64,000 nt of DNA from assembly GCA_963782115.1 (NCBI GenBank), contig CAWAIK010000003.1, positions 192,001-256,000 on the forward strand, written 5' to 3'. Below, in pieces: positions 29,295 to 40,236 of this stretch (within the stretch, counting starts at the first letter, position 1; the number at the start of each line of letters is the position of its first letter). This DNA comes from an uncultured Verrucomicrobiae bacterium. GTDB taxonomy: Bacteria; Verrucomicrobiota; Verrucomicrobiia; Chthoniobacterales; JAFAMB01. The notes beneath the pieces were generated by a model. The model made no database searches and was not told the DNA's origin. It saw only the letters and a list, made by a program, of their open reading frames with translations. Made by a program: the position numbers and the translations under genes.

Positions 29295-29933
29295 ATGCCT
29301 GTTTCGCCGAAAGTCATCGAATTACGCAAGATCTTAGCCGACCGGTACCCGCGGCAAACGGGTATTCATTCCTTGTGTCTCCCCACGGGCTGGTCTGCGC
29401 TCGATTCTCTTTTAGGGGGTGGTTTACCAAAAGGCGCTATTACTCAATTGCTGATTCCAAACATCAGCTCGGGAGGAGCAATTGTATTACATCAAATCAT
29501 TGAGGCGATGCAGGATGTCTCGCAGTATGTCGCCTTGATCGATGGCAAGGATTGTTTTGAACCCGCCGCGGATCATCCACTTTTGCTCTGGATTCGTTGC
29601 CACAACGTCCTTCAGGCTTTGAAAGCGACGGATTTGATTCTGCGGGATGGCAACCTGTCGTTAGTCATTTTGGATTTCAAGGAGAACCAGGACCAGGAAC
29701 TCAGGAAAATCCCCGCGTCAGCCTGGTACCGCTTTCAGCGGATTACCGAAGAAAACAGAAATACCCTGCTTGCTATTACACGTCATCCAATTGTGAGCAA
29801 TGCACAAATTACTATCTCCACGAGGCATCGGCTCTCTATGGATGATTTATCAACTCAAAGGACAGATTTGATCAAATTCATTCCTCTAGAAATCATCCGT
29901 TTACGAACTTCACAGGAATATCAATATGCATAA
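29295..29933 (+). CDS. imuA: ImuA (RecA-like, degenerate Walker A)
   Basis: LPTGWSALDSLLGGGLPKGAIT, ALID and LKATDLILRDG motifs; first gene of the imu cassette. Confidence 0.85.
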   Translation: MPVSPKVIELRKILADRYPRQTGIHSLCLPTGWSALDSLLGGGLPKGAITQLLIPNISSGGAIVLHQIIEAMQDVSQYVALIDGKDCFEPAADHPLLLWIRCHNVLQALKATDLILRDGNLSLVILDFKENQDQELRKIPASAWYRFQRITEENRNTLLAITRHPIVSNAQITISTRHRLSMDDLSTQRTDLIKFIPLEIIRLRTSQEYQYA

Positions 29934-31572
29934 AAGTATAACAAACTGTTTTGCAGTAATTTATATTCCTTTTTACGCTTTACAATGCGCTCGGCAGAAA
30001 CGGGCTTTAGAGAAATACGCCCTGGAGAACAAGCCGTTTGATCAACTCGCATTTGGCATTATGCAAGCGGACACTCCCAGCATCGGAGAAAAAGGCGCAT
30101 TGGATGATGCGTCATCTGATCCGCCTGCTGCTCTATTGGACCAGGAAGGGATGCATGTGATCGAGTTAAACTACGCTGCCGAATACGCTGGGATTCAACC
30201 TGGGATGTCTACAACTCTGGCGCTTGCCCGGACATCTGAACTCGTTTTATACAAGCGGAGCCCATCGAATGAACAGCATCTTCAGAATGCACTGCTCCAA
30301 CTTGTGTACCGTTATTCTCCCTTTATTGAAAATAGTGCTTCAGGAATTTGCACACTCGATTTAAAAGGAAAAAGAATCCGCAAACACCAACCATGGCTGC
30401 GGGAATTGCTGACACAGCTTCGATCTATCGGCCTCAAAGCCCAAGCCGGCATCGGCTTTAACCCGGAGATCGCTCTTCAAGCTGCCAAGATTGCTGATCC
30501 CATTCTGGAGATTTTAGAAGATTGCAACCTGCTTCAATCATTGGCATTGGAGTCCCTGGCTCCCTCCCCTTTTCTAACGGATATTTTGAAAAGCTGGGGG
30601 GTTCGCACCCTTGGCGCATTAACTCGGTTACCACGAGAAGAAATTGGGCAACGTCTTGGCCTTGAAGCTCTTTCACTCTGGGATCGTGCAGCCGGGCGAT
30701 CCAGCAAAATGCTGCGACTTGTTCAACCGCCGGAGACCTTTGAAGAATCGATCGATTTTGAACAACGTTTGGAAACCCTTGAGCCTCTTCTATTTATTCT
30801 AAGACGTTTTCTGGAGAGATTAACGCTACGCATCGAATCCATTTATCTTTTGATCGCTGAGCTGCGTCTGAAGCTCATCTTGGAAGATGGAGAAATGATT
30901 GTTCGCATTCTGCAGATTCCAGCTCCGACCCGCGATGTGGATACGTTATTTGGTATTGCCGCCCAGTATCTGGAAACTCTGCAGACCACAGCGCCAGTGA
31001 CCAGTTTTCATCTGGAAGTTATACCGAGCAGGCCGGCCGGACACCAGTTTGATCTTTTTCAAGGTGGACTGAAAGATCCCAATCGTTTCTTTCAGACATT
31101 AGCGCGGCTGGCCGCTTTGGTTGGTAATGAAAAAGTCGGCATCCCCCAAAGAATCGATACACACCGGCCAGATAGTCTGCACATGCTGACGCCGGAGTTA
31201 GGATGGTCCCGTAAAAACGTCAAAAAAAGCGGACGCCCAAGAACCGGGCCTGGTCTACGCCGTTATCGACCTGGGATTGCCGCCCGCGTGGAGTTGAATG
31301 ATGGCAAACCCCTTTTAATGCAAAGCAGCCTGATTTCAGGCAGGATCTTGGAAGCACGCGGCCCTTGGAATCTATCCGGCAACTGGTGGGATCGAACTCG
31401 CTGGGAAACCAAGGAGTGGGACATCACACTCGACAATGGGGGCCTCTATCGCATTGCCCAGAAAACAACGAATTTGAGCGAAGACCAGCCAAGGGCCACG
31501 AGCGTCAACGATGATCGCTCTCGCTCACTCGCATTCCAGGATCATTGGGAAGTGGTGGGGGTCTATGACTGA
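29926..31572 (+). CDS. imuB: ImuB (inactive Y-family polymerase)
   Basis: GIQPGMS, WGVRTLG, LETLEPLLF, clamp motif QFDLF, C-terminal GPW..SGNWW...GVYD. Confidence 0.88.
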   Translation: MHKSITNCFAVIYIPFYALQCARQKRALEKYALENKPFDQLAFGIMQADTPSIGEKGALDDASSDPPAALLDQEGMHVIELNYAAEYAGIQPGMSTTLALARTSELVLYKRSPSNEQHLQNALLQLVYRYSPFIENSASGICTLDLKGKRIRKHQPWLRELLTQLRSIGLKAQAGIGFNPEIALQAAKIADPILEILEDCNLLQSLALESLAPSPFLTDILKSWGVRTLGALTRLPREEIGQRLGLEALSLWDRAAGRSSKMLRLVQPPETFEESIDFEQRLETLEPLLFILRRFLERLTLRIESIYLLIAELRLKLILEDGEMIVRILQIPAPTRDVDTLFGIAAQYLETLQTTAPVTSFHLEVIPSRPAGHQFDLFQGGLKDPNRFFQTLARLAALVGNEKVGIPQRIDTHRPDSLHMLTPELGWSRKNVKKSGRPRTGPGLRRYRPGIAARVELNDGKPLLMQSSLISGRILEARGPWNLSGNWWDRTRWETKEWDITLDNGGLYRIAQKTTNLSEDQPRATSVNDDRSRSLAFQDHWEVVGVYD

Positions 31573-34500
31573 GAAGAAGTTGTCAGTGTCAGTGTATATC
31601 GAGCTTCACGCTCGCAGCGCCTTCAGTTTTTTACGAGGAAGCTCTTCACCGGAGCATCTGGCCTTTACGGCGGCGGACCTGGATTTACCGGCATTGGCAC
31701 TCTGCGATCGTGACGGGGTATTTGGTGCACCGAGATTTTACGTGGCGGCACGAGAATGTGGAATACGACCGATCGTCGGCAGCGAATTAACGATGGAAGA
31801 CAGCTCGGTCTTGCCGGTGCTCGTACAATCGAGAAATGGGTACCAGAATTTATGCCGTTTACTTTCACGTGTCAGACTTCGTTCACCCAAGAATGAAAGT
31901 TCGATTCGCTGGTCTGAGGTGTCGGAGTTTCAGGAGGGATTGATTTGTCTGACGGGGGATGAAGAGGGTCCTCTTCATCAGGCTTTAATGACCGGAGATT
32001 TTTCGCGTGCTGATCAATGCATGGCTTCACTTAAAGAAATTTTTGGGATGGACCATTTGTTTGTGGAAATTCAGCGGCACGCACTTCGCACCGAGCAATG
32101 GATGAACCAGCGGCTTTGCGAGCTTGCGGATCGTCATCGGTTAAAGCTGCTTGCGACCAACGGGGTCTTATACGGCACATCCGATCGCCGCACTGCGCTT
32201 GATGTATTTACGTGCGCGCGAAATCACACTCACCTCGATGCAGCAGGCCGATTGCTGGAGCCAAATACGGAACGCCATCTCCAACCGGCGAGAGCGATGA
32301 GCGAATTATTTGCGGACTTACCGCACGCTGTGGCTAATACCATCGCTGTTGGCAACGAAATTGAGTTCACACTCGAGAATCTTGGTTATCAATTTCCCAG
32401 GTTCCCTGTACCGCAGGGTGAAACCATGGACAGTTTGCTTGAAAAAGTGGTCTGGGAAGGAGCTCGGCAACGTTATGATAAAATCAGTGAACGTGTTCGA
32501 TCGCAAATTGAACACGAACTGGGTTTAATTCGTAAGCTCGAGTTTTCAGGGTATTTCCTGATTGTTTGGGATCTTGTCCGATACTGCCGAGAATCTGACA
32601 TCATGGTTCAAGGCCGTGGAAGTGCAGCCAACAGCGCGGTCTGTTACAGTTTGGGTATTACTGCAGTTGATCCGGTGGGTGGCCATCTATTGTTTGAACG
32701 TTTTCTGAGTGAAGGCCGAAAGGGTTGGCCGGACATCGATCTGGACCTGCCCAGCGGTGATCGCCGTGAAAGAGTCATCCAGGAAGTCTACAGGCGTTAC
32801 GGAAAACTCGGTGCGGCTATGACGGCCAATGTCATTACTTTTCGCGGCCGAAGTGCGATGCGTGAAACTGGCAAAGCGCTGAATCTGCCGGAAGACATCA
32901 TGGATCGCTTCTCGCGTTTGTACGCCAACGGCGATTTTCCACATACGCTTGAAACGTATGATCAACTACGTCAAGCGGGCCTTCCCGCAGAACATCCTCG
33001 AGTCAACGCGTTTCTTCAAGTGTATCACGCCATCCAGGGATTACCCCGTCATCTGGGGCAACATTCTGGTGGAATGGTTATTTGCGAAGGACAACTGGAT
33101 GCGATTGTTCCACTGGAAAACGCCACCATGCCCGGGCGCACAGTCATCCAATGGGACAAAGATGATTGCGAAGATTTGGGCATCGTTAAAGTGGATCTGC
33201 TCGGTCTGGGGATGATGGCAGCGCTGCAGGACGCCATCGCGATCTGCGATCGGCGAGGGCATCCCGTCGAGCTGGCCAAACTTCCAAAGGACGATCCGGC
33301 AACTTACGATATGCTTTGCCGAGCCGACACGATTGGTGTGTTCCAAGTCGAGAGTCGCGCACAGATGGCCACTTTGCCTCGGATGAAACCGAGAGAATTT
33401 TACGATCTGGTGATCGAAGTCGCCATCATTCGACCTGGACCGATTCAAGGTCATCTCATGCATCCTTATCTGGCCCGGCGCGAAGGGAACGAAGAAATTA
33501 CTTACCTGGATTCTCGACTCGTTCCAGTCTTGGAGCGAACGCTTGGTGTACCGCTTTTTCAGGAACAAATGCTTAAAATGGCGATGGTCATGGCTAACTT
33601 TTCTGGAGATGAAGCGGAAGAATTGCGGCGGGCGCTCAGTTATCATCGTTCACAGGAACGAATGCAACGCGTCGAACAAAAGTTGCGTAAGGCGCTCCTC
33701 ACCAATGATGTCAGCGACGAAGTAGCCGCAAAAATCCTTTCGGCCATTACTTCGTTTGCCTTGTACGGATTTCCAGAATCGCACGCGATCAGTTTTGCCC
33801 TGATCACTTACGCCAGTTCCTGGTTAAAGGTGCATCGGCCTGCAGAGTTTTACGTTGGATTGCTCAACAATCAGCCGATGGGCTTTTATACCCCGGCAAC
33901 CTTGATCAAGGACGCACAACGCCATCAGATCAAGGTGCGTTCAGTCTCCATAATGGATTCCGAATGGTTATGCACAGTTGAATCCGACGTATCGCTCAGA
34001 CTCGGATTTTGCCTGACGCATGGAATAAACCAAGCTCACGTCGAACAGATGATCAATGTGCGACAGCAGAGATCTTTCCAGAACATGCACGACTTTCGTG
34101 AACGGACCTCATTCGATCGGGATGAATTAAGGATACTAGCGAAAGCCGGCGCATTAAATTCCTTGACCGGGCACCGGCGCGATGCGCTCTGGGCGGTCGA
34201 GAACGAGCTTCATCAGGGAGAATTATTTTCCGAGGTTCCCGAGGAATTGACCTCTCCACTGGCTCCGATGCAGCCGGTTGAACGCCTTGCGGCAGATTTT
34301 TGCGTGATGCGCCTCACGACCGGCCCCCATCCTATGGCCTACATCCGCACATCCTTACCGAACGATATCTGGCGCAGCGCGGATCTATCCTTTGGAGAAA
34401 ACGGTACACGCCTTCGTATTGCCGGCCTGGCGATTTGTCGTCAACGACCTGGTACCGCGAAAGGCTTTGTCTTTATCAGCCTGGAAGACGAAACAGGCAT

Positions 34501-34684
34501 ATCAAACGCCATTGTCAGTCCGCAGATTTTTGAAAAGAACCGGCTCGTCATCACACAGGAAACCTTTTTGTTAATCGAAGGCATCTTGCAACTGCACTCC
34601 GGCGTTATTCACATTCGAGCTGAACAAATTGATCGATTGCCCGCCCCGGAGCTCGAGATGGCTGACTCGCACGATTTTCATTAG
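31565..34684 (+). CDS. dnaE2: Error-prone DNA polymerase DnaE2
   Basis: ELHARSAFSFL PHP start, GRGSAANS, PDIDLD, RQRPGTAKG and C-terminal SHDFH signature. Confidence 0.96.
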   Translation: MTEKKLSVSVYIELHARSAFSFLRGSSSPEHLAFTAADLDLPALALCDRDGVFGAPRFYVAARECGIRPIVGSELTMEDSSVLPVLVQSRNGYQNLCRLLSRVRLRSPKNESSIRWSEVSEFQEGLICLTGDEEGPLHQALMTGDFSRADQCMASLKEIFGMDHLFVEIQRHALRTEQWMNQRLCELADRHRLKLLATNGVLYGTSDRRTALDVFTCARNHTHLDAAGRLLEPNTERHLQPARAMSELFADLPHAVANTIAVGNEIEFTLENLGYQFPRFPVPQGETMDSLLEKVVWEGARQRYDKISERVRSQIEHELGLIRKLEFSGYFLIVWDLVRYCRESDIMVQGRGSAANSAVCYSLGITAVDPVGGHLLFERFLSEGRKGWPDIDLDLPSGDRRERVIQEVYRRYGKLGAAMTANVITFRGRSAMRETGKALNLPEDIMDRFSRLYANGDFPHTLETYDQLRQAGLPAEHPRVNAFLQVYHAIQGLPRHLGQHSGGMVICEGQLDAIVPLENATMPGRTVIQWDKDDCEDLGIVKVDLLGLGMMAALQDAIAICDRRGHPVELAKLPKDDPATYDMLCRADTIGVFQVESRAQMATLPRMKPREFYDLVIEVAIIRPGPIQGHLMHPYLARREGNEEITYLDSRLVPVLERTLGVPLFQEQMLKMAMVMANFSGDEAEELRRALSYHRSQERMQRVEQKLRKALLTNDVSDEVAAKILSAITSFALYGFPESHAISFALITYASSWLKVHRPAEFYVGLLNNQPMGFYTPATLIKDAQRHQIKVRSVSIMDSEWLCTVESDVSLRLGFCLTHGINQAHVEQMINVRQQRSFQNMHDFRERTSFDRDELRILAKAGALNSLTGHRRDALWAVENELHQGELFSEVPEELTSPLAPMQPVERLAADFCVMRLTTGPHPMAYIRTSLPNDIWRSADLSFGENGTRLRIAGLAICRQRPGTAKGFVFISLEDETGISNAIVSPQIFEKNRLVITQETFLLIEGILQLHSGVIHIRAEQIDRLPAPELEMADSHDFH

Positions 34685-34792
34685 AAGGATTCAACTTGAT
34701 GGGTCAGGCTTAGCTGAACAAACGACGCGGCGAGAAGTCACAACTGACGGGAACCAGTAAAGGCGCAAGTGCAAAATGATCCAGCCGCTTAT

Positions 34793-35827
34793 TCAAAGTC
34801 GATCCAAAAACTCCAATCCTTTGGACTTTGGCGTCAGATTCTTCTCAGCAAGCCACTTAGGATTAAAAAGCCGTGAAACATAACGTGAACCGGAGTCGCA
34901 GAGAATGGTCGCCACGACCTGGCCAGGACCCCTCTCTCTGGCCAACTTCACGGCGCCGCAGACATTGATGGCCGAAGAGAGGCTCAGGAACAGTCCCTCG
35001 GCGTGAAGCAAGTGATAGAGCATTTCCACCGCGATGTCATCGGCGATCCGGTAGGCATCGTCGATCTGAACTCTTTCCAAATTTGCGGTGACCCGGCTTT
35101 GTCCAATTCCTTCCGCAAACGAGTCTCCATCATGAATGTCGGTGTGCCCGTATTTGATCCAGGACCACATGGCGGCTCCGTAAGGGTCCGCACAGACGAT
35201 ATGGATCTTGGGGTTTTGTTCCTTTAGAAAGAGAGAGATCCCTGCAAGCGTACCACCGGTGCCAATCGAAGCGATAAAACCGGTAATCTCGCCCTTGGTT
35301 TGCTGCCAGAGTTCCGGACCGGTCGACTGATAATGCGCATCCCGATTTGCGAGATTATCAAATTGATTTGCCCAGAACCCGTTTTCGGTTTTTTCGGCGA
35401 TTCGTTGCGAGACATGGATGTAATTGTCAGGATCCGTGTACGGCTTTTCAGGTACGGTCCGTAATTCCGCGCCCATTGCGCGAAGTCCGTCGATCTTTTC
35501 CTGCGATATATTGTCCGGCACCACGATGATGGTCCGGTAACCTCGGGCGTTGCCAACCAGAGCTAACCCGATCCCGGTGTTTCCGGCGGTTCCCTCAACA
35601 ATCGTGCCTCCAGGATGGAGGGCGCCACATCGTTCTGCGTGGAGGACCATCCCAAGGGCTGCACGATCCTTAACTGAGCCACCCGGGTTCAAAAATTCGG
35701 CCTTTCCGAAGATTTCGCATCCGGTCGCCTCAGAAAGGGCGCGCAGCCGAATAAGCGGCGTTCTACCGATCGTCTGACAAAATCCTGCAGTGACAAAACC
35801 AGGCGAATTATCTTGATTGGTTGTCAT
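34793..35827 (-). CDS. Cysteine synthase family PLP enzyme
   Basis: KAEFLNPGGSVKDR, EGTAGNTGIG, NQFDN, GTGGT and EGIG motifs. Confidence 0.92.
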   Translation of the reverse strand: MTTNQDNSPGFVTAGFCQTIGRTPLIRLRALSEATGCEIFGKAEFLNPGGSVKDRAALGMVLHAERCGALHPGGTIVEGTAGNTGIGLALVGNARGYRTIIVVPDNISQEKIDGLRAMGAELRTVPEKPYTDPDNYIHVSQRIAEKTENGFWANQFDNLANRDAHYQSTGPELWQQTKGEITGFIASIGTGGTLAGISLFLKEQNPKIHIVCADPYGAAMWSWIKYGHTDIHDGDSFAEGIGQSRVTANLERVQIDDAYRIADDIAVEMLYHLLHAEGLFLSLSSAINVCGAVKLARERGPGQVVATILCDSGSRYVSRLFNPKWLAEKNLTPKSKGLEFLDRL

Positions 35828-35981
35828 TTGGCAAATTGTGGCTTCGGAGATTCAAGCGTCTTTGGCCGAGCTCAGCAACTCCGATCACTTTATATCGTAG
35901 TACGATGAAAAAATCTCCAGCCCTTTCCGCCTTGCCTGGAACCACCGCTCAAGCCGCGGACGATCGATTCCCGATTTCAGA

Positions 35982-37679
35982 CTACTGCGCCCCAATTTCC
36001 GCATCCACCGCATCCCGCTCCGTCTTCGCCTCATTGCCGGCGTTTTTAGTTTTCGCAACATCGCCGGTTTTCGGTACGTGATAGATTTCGAGACCCGGTT
36101 GCAAGTATGGCACAGGACCTCGATCCCTGCTCCACATCAACGTTCCCTTCTTGAACAGCTCGGAATAGAAGTGTCTGGCGGCATTGAGGGATTGGTCGTT
36201 GGCCCTGGCAGGAGAAACAGTGCCCGAGAAAAAGCTTTGGTAGTCCGACTCAGATACCACGACATAATCAGCACCCGCGGCCATCAGTTGCTCAAACCGT
36301 GGCTGGTCATCGCTTGCCTTCAGGAAGCCGTCCATCAGGAGGTCGAATCGATATTTCTGTTTTGTCCCTGCCAGCAGATTCGGAAGGAGCACGGACGAAT
36401 CCGCGATAACTTTACTCCCCGGCCGGAGATTGCCGTCCATCCAGGCTAACATTTCGAGCCGTTCATCCCAGTTGAACGCCGCGTAGTAAGGATAGCCACG
36501 CAGAAATTCAAAGAAGCAGGCCGCCAGGCAGACTGCGAAAAGGGCCGGCAACAACCATCCCCTCACCTCTTCACGAGCAGTTGAGATAAATTCCTCCATC
36601 GAAGCAACTCCGGCGACCGCAAACGCGTAGGTGAACCCGATGACGGGCAAAAAGCGCAGATCCCCGGAAGGCGCAAACAACAGCAACAGGAAATAAATGA
36701 GCGGGATCAAGACCAGAAGAAGCTCGCTCATTTTCAGGTTGCGCCTCCGAATCCAGAGAACACACAGCGCGACGACAAGCATCACCCAGATCGCCGGCGT
36801 CGTATTGTGCCACAAAGCCAGCCAATACGTACCGTGCAGCAAATTCTTGACTCCGTCCGGAGTACTTGCGAACGCCGAACCAAGATCCTGCAGTACGTCG
36901 AGCGCGGTCAATGGGAGTTCGGTCACCGCATCGAAGTTCACGACCAGTATGGCAAAAAACAACCCAAGGGTGAATTCCATGACCCTGTTGACGCGGAACT
37001 CGCGACCCCCACTGCGAAGAACCGCAATCAACGCGGGAAGGAATAATAGAGCTCCGATGTACTTGGCCGAAATAGCGATCGCCACACTGATGCCAAGCAA
37101 CAAGGCTCTTAGGACCGTGGCCTTTCTCTCGAGGAGCACAATAGCCAGGAGCGTAAGACTGGAGCCGAACAAAAGTGAAGTGTTCTCGCTCATCGTATGT
37201 GCGAGGTCGTAAAGCTGATGCTGGCAGAGCAACAAAAAGGATAGCAACCCCGCGGCCACCGGGCTGCCGAGGAGGTAAACGACGAGACCCAGGCAGATGA
37301 TCGATCCGACGGCGAAGAATGCGGAGACGCTTCTGCCAAGTTGAACAACAGCTTGCAGATCATCGGGAACATGCAACACGGTTTTCAACAATTTCGTGGT
37401 GTTTGCCGAAAGCAGTGGACGATGGAGGTCCCAGCTTCCCTTGATTACGTGCCCGGCCCTGATCTCTTCTTCAGAATGATAAAAAGATGGAAATCCGTTT
37501 CCGTGCGTAAACCAGAAAAATCCCACAAAGAACACAGCCAGCATTAAAGCTGTGATCCCCCAATCGATCCGCGGGCGCCCGCCGGAAAGCGGCTCAAAAT
37601 GCCTTTGGCTCACAAGACACAATCCGGCGGGCGACAGGAAACGAACCCCGCCCGGACCCTCCAAACGCCCGGCGCCCAA
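35982..37679 (-). CDS. Membrane GT-C-type glycosyltransferase-like protein (ArnT/PMT-like)
   Basis: YHSEE, R.VSAFF, AISAKY and DLRFLP motifs, ~11 TM helices, C-terminal periplasmic DYVVVS domain. Start uncertain. Confidence 0.65.
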   Translation of the reverse strand: MGAGRLEGPGGVRFLSPAGLCLVSQRHFEPLSGGRPRIDWGITALMLAVFFVGFFWFTHGNGFPSFYHSEEEIRAGHVIKGSWDLHRPLLSANTTKLLKTVLHVPDDLQAVVQLGRSVSAFFAVGSIICLGLVVYLLGSPVAAGLLSFLLLCQHQLYDLAHTMSENTSLLFGSSLTLLAIVLLERKATVLRALLLGISVAIAISAKYIGALLFLPALIAVLRSGGREFRVNRVMEFTLGLFFAILVVNFDAVTELPLTALDVLQDLGSAFASTPDGVKNLLHGTYWLALWHNTTPAIWVMLVVALCVLWIRRRNLKMSELLLVLIPLIYFLLLLFAPSGDLRFLPVIGFTYAFAVAGVASMEEFISTAREEVRGWLLPALFAVCLAACFFEFLRGYPYYAAFNWDERLEMLAWMDGNLRPGSKVIADSSVLLPNLLAGTKQKYRFDLLMDGFLKASDDQPRFEQLMAAGADYVVVSESDYQSFFSGTVSPARANDQSLNAARHFYSELFKKGTLMWSRDRGPVPYLQPGLEIYHVPKTGDVAKTKNAGNEAKTERDAVDAEIGAQ

Positions 37680-37826
37680 AAAACAAAATGCAAAAAAGGA
37701 AACTGATTCATCTGCGTGAACGCCCGCTTAACCAAGCGCATCCCGCGTCCGGCGTCCAGAAATTGATCGATAGCCTTCAGCAAGCTACGGCCTTAGTCCT
37801 CCCGAAAAGCGCGTTTGCGGATCGAC

Positions 37827-38612
37827 TTACGACTCAAACTCTCTCAAGGCTTGTTCGACAGAAGCTCCCGAGTGAATGATGGCGCGCAGGGCTGAGACTG
37901 CGCCAGGCACATTTTTGCTTTGCCAAATATTCCGCCCGAACACGACACCCTTTGCGCCACCCTGCATCGCGCCATGAACGATCTCCAGTGCGGCTCTTTC
38001 TGTGTCCATCTTTGGTCCACCTGCGATGAGCGTCGGCACCGGACAGTTCCGCGTGACTTTTCGAAAACCTTCGGGTGTGCCCGTGTAATACGTTTTGAGG
38101 ATGTCCGCTCCATGTTCAAAGGCGATCCGTGCTGCTGACGCCATCGCATCGGGCGAAAGCGGGTTTGGGATCCTTTGAAAATCGAGAGAGGGCAGCGCCT
38201 CGACCATGACCGGCAACCCATCCACGCGGCACGCCCCGACAACGCGCGCAACAATTTCGAAGGTCCGCAATTCGACCGCCCCGCCAATAAAACACATCAC
38301 GCAGACGCCGTCGACGCCAAGGTCCCGCGCATCGTCGACCGAGTGCAGCAAGGACCACTCCGTGTATTTCAACCAATCCTCTCGATAAATCGACGGACCC
38401 CCATCGAGCCGCATGAATGTGGGCACCCGACCGATGATTCGATTCCCGTATTTTTTGACGACACCATAGGATGTCATGATTCCGTCGGCGCCCGCGTCGA
38501 TCACTTCTTCGAGAACCTTGCCTGGGTCCTCGAGTCCCTCGACGGTGCCAAGTGTTTGCGCATGATCCAGAGCGACAACCAATGCCTTTTCTGGCAATTG
38601 CAGTCTGTTCAT
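37827..38612 (-). CDS. Class I aldolase, DhnA/LsrF family
   Basis: [16 protein letters not shown] (Schiff-base Lys), AGGPK and GRNIWQ motifs. Confidence 0.88.
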   Translation of the reverse strand: MNRLQLPEKALVVALDHAQTLGTVEGLEDPGKVLEEVIDAGADGIMTSYGVVKKYGNRIIGRVPTFMRLDGGPSIYREDWLKYTEWSLLHSVDDARDLGVDGVCVMCFIGGAVELRTFEIVARVVGACRVDGLPVMVEALPSLDFQRIPNPLSPDAMASAARIAFEHGADILKTYYTGTPEGFRKVTRNCPVPTLIAGGPKMDTERAALEIVHGAMQGGAKGVVFGRNIWQSKNVPGAVSALRAIIHSGASVEQALREFES

Positions 38613-38678
38613 TTTCTGATCAGTTTAGTCGAATTGTCCTAAGCGAGAAGGCAATTGAGAGGACACATTCGAGGGGTG

Positions 38679-38742
38679 CAGTACTCCACCTCTCCAGTAC
38701 TCCACCTCTCCACCCGTCCATCGCTCCTCTCCTCCGATACTC
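38679..38742. repeat. Degenerate 8-bp tandem array (CANNNCTC)
   Basis: cagtactc cacctctc cagtactc cacctctc cacccgtc catcgctc; reverse-orientation relative of the 51111 array. Confidence 0.65.
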
Positions 38743-38814
38743 GCTCCCCGCCGCCGATACGTTCCCACCGCCCTTGGCTTAACAAGCGGACCGTACTACG
38801 TTAGGGGCACAACT

Positions 38815-39879
38815 ATGTCCCATCTCACCGAAGAACTCGTTCTAGAGCGCCTGAAGGCTGTCAAATTTCCGGGTTACAGCCGCGATATCGTGAGTTTCGG
38901 TCTAGTGAAAGAGATCAAAATTGCGGGATCGGATCTCCTGGTGCGTCTAAGTGTCGCGACCAACAACCCGGCTGTGGCGCAGACCCTCAAGAAGGAATCG
39001 GAACAAATCTTGGCTACGATTCCTGGGGTCAGATCGACCAAAATCGTGATCGACATCACGAATCCTCCTGACGTGGCTTCGGGCGGACAGACCGCGACAA
39101 CGCGGATTCCCGGAGTGAAGTACGTGATTGCGATCGCCAGCGGTAAGGGAGGAGTTGGCAAATCGACGGTGGCCGCGAATCTTGCAGCGGCCCTGGAACG
39201 CTCCGGCGCAGAGGTTGGTCTGTGCGATTGCGATATTTACGGTCCGAGTATCTCGCTGATGTTCGGTGCAACTCAGGAACGGCCAATGGCCACCAGCGAC
39301 AACACCATCATTCCCATGGAACGCTATGGGATCAAGCTGATGTCCATGGGATCGCTGCTGGACGACAGTTCTCCGGCGATTCTCCGAGGTCCGATGGTTA
39401 CCAGAGCGACTCAACAATTCCTTCGCCAGGTGGACTGGTCCGGCCTCGACTATCTGATTCTGGATCTTCCTCCAGGAACGGGCGACATCCAGTTGACCGT
39501 GGTGCAAACCGTTGCGCTCTCTGGCGCGGTGATCGTAACGACGCCGCAAGAGGTCGCCCTGATAGATGCGCGCAAAGCCAGTTCAATGTTTGCCAAGGTG
39601 AATGTTCCGGTCTTGGGGATCATCGAAAACATGAGTTATTTCCTCTCACCGAGCGATGGCAAACGTTACGACATCTTTGGGTCCGGTGGAGGCGAACGAG
39701 AGGCGGCACGGTTGAAAGTGCCTCTCCTGGGTAGCGTGCCTCTTGACATTGAGACGAGAGAAGCGGGGGATCGAGGGATGCCGGTCATGATTGAGAAACC
39801 GGAACATCGCATTTCTAAAGTATTCGAAAAAATTGCCGATCAGTTACGCAAGAAGATCGAGTTTCCCACTGGTAATTGA
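38815..39879 (+). CDS. mrp: Mrp/NBP35 (ApbC) Fe-S carrier ATPase
   Basis: N-terminal DUF59-like domain; GKGGVGKST, DIYGPS, DLPPGTGD and ENMS motifs. Confidence 0.93.
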   Translation: MSHLTEELVLERLKAVKFPGYSRDIVSFGLVKEIKIAGSDLLVRLSVATNNPAVAQTLKKESEQILATIPGVRSTKIVIDITNPPDVASGGQTATTRIPGVKYVIAIASGKGGVGKSTVAANLAAALERSGAEVGLCDCDIYGPSISLMFGATQERPMATSDNTIIPMERYGIKLMSMGSLLDDSSPAILRGPMVTRATQQFLRQVDWSGLDYLILDLPPGTGDIQLTVVQTVALSGAVIVTTPQEVALIDARKASSMFAKVNVPVLGIIENMSYFLSPSDGKRYDIFGSGGGEREAARLKVPLLGSVPLDIETREAGDRGMPVMIEKPEHRISKVFEKIADQLRKKIEFPTGN

Positions 39880-39962
39880 CAGATTTTGAGCGCGACTGTT
39901 AGCGCGTTCATATGATTCTGGTTGACTACGAACGCCAGATGTTGAAACTCGCCGTAGAATAA

Positions 39963-40178
39963 ATGGAACCCCCTAAAGAAGACGTCACAGAGTTGGTGAA
40001 AAATTCTGTGCTCTACAAGGAGTTCTTGGCTGAGCGCGAAGAGATATTGCGCCATAAATGGATTGAAAGCGAGAAGGCCGGTTACGACATTGGATTCGAA
40101 AGAGCACTCCTCGACTGGATCGTCAAACATCGATCCGCATGGCGAGAGCGCAGACAAAGACAATTAAAAGGCGCATAG
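39963..40178 (+). CDS. Small DUF4032-like protein
   Basis: EILRHKWIESEKAGYDIGFERALLDW motif. Confidence 0.75.
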   Translation: MEPPKEDVTELVKNSVLYKEFLAEREEILRHKWIESEKAGYDIGFERALLDWIVKHRSAWRERRQRQLKGA

Positions 40179-40198
40179 CCCGAGCAGCGTCAACCCTA

Positions 40199-40231
40199 AC
40201 CTTTAAGGTGATCCCGCGAGGTCACCAAGGT
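40199..40231 (+). promoter_or_regulatory. PyrR-binding RNA stem-loop
   Basis: ACCUUUAA-GGUGAUCCCGCGAGGUCACC-AAGGU fits CUUUAA plus ..UCCNGNGAGG.. consensus; ends 5 nt before the pyrR ATG. Confidence 0.82.
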
Positions 40232-40236
40232 CAGAC

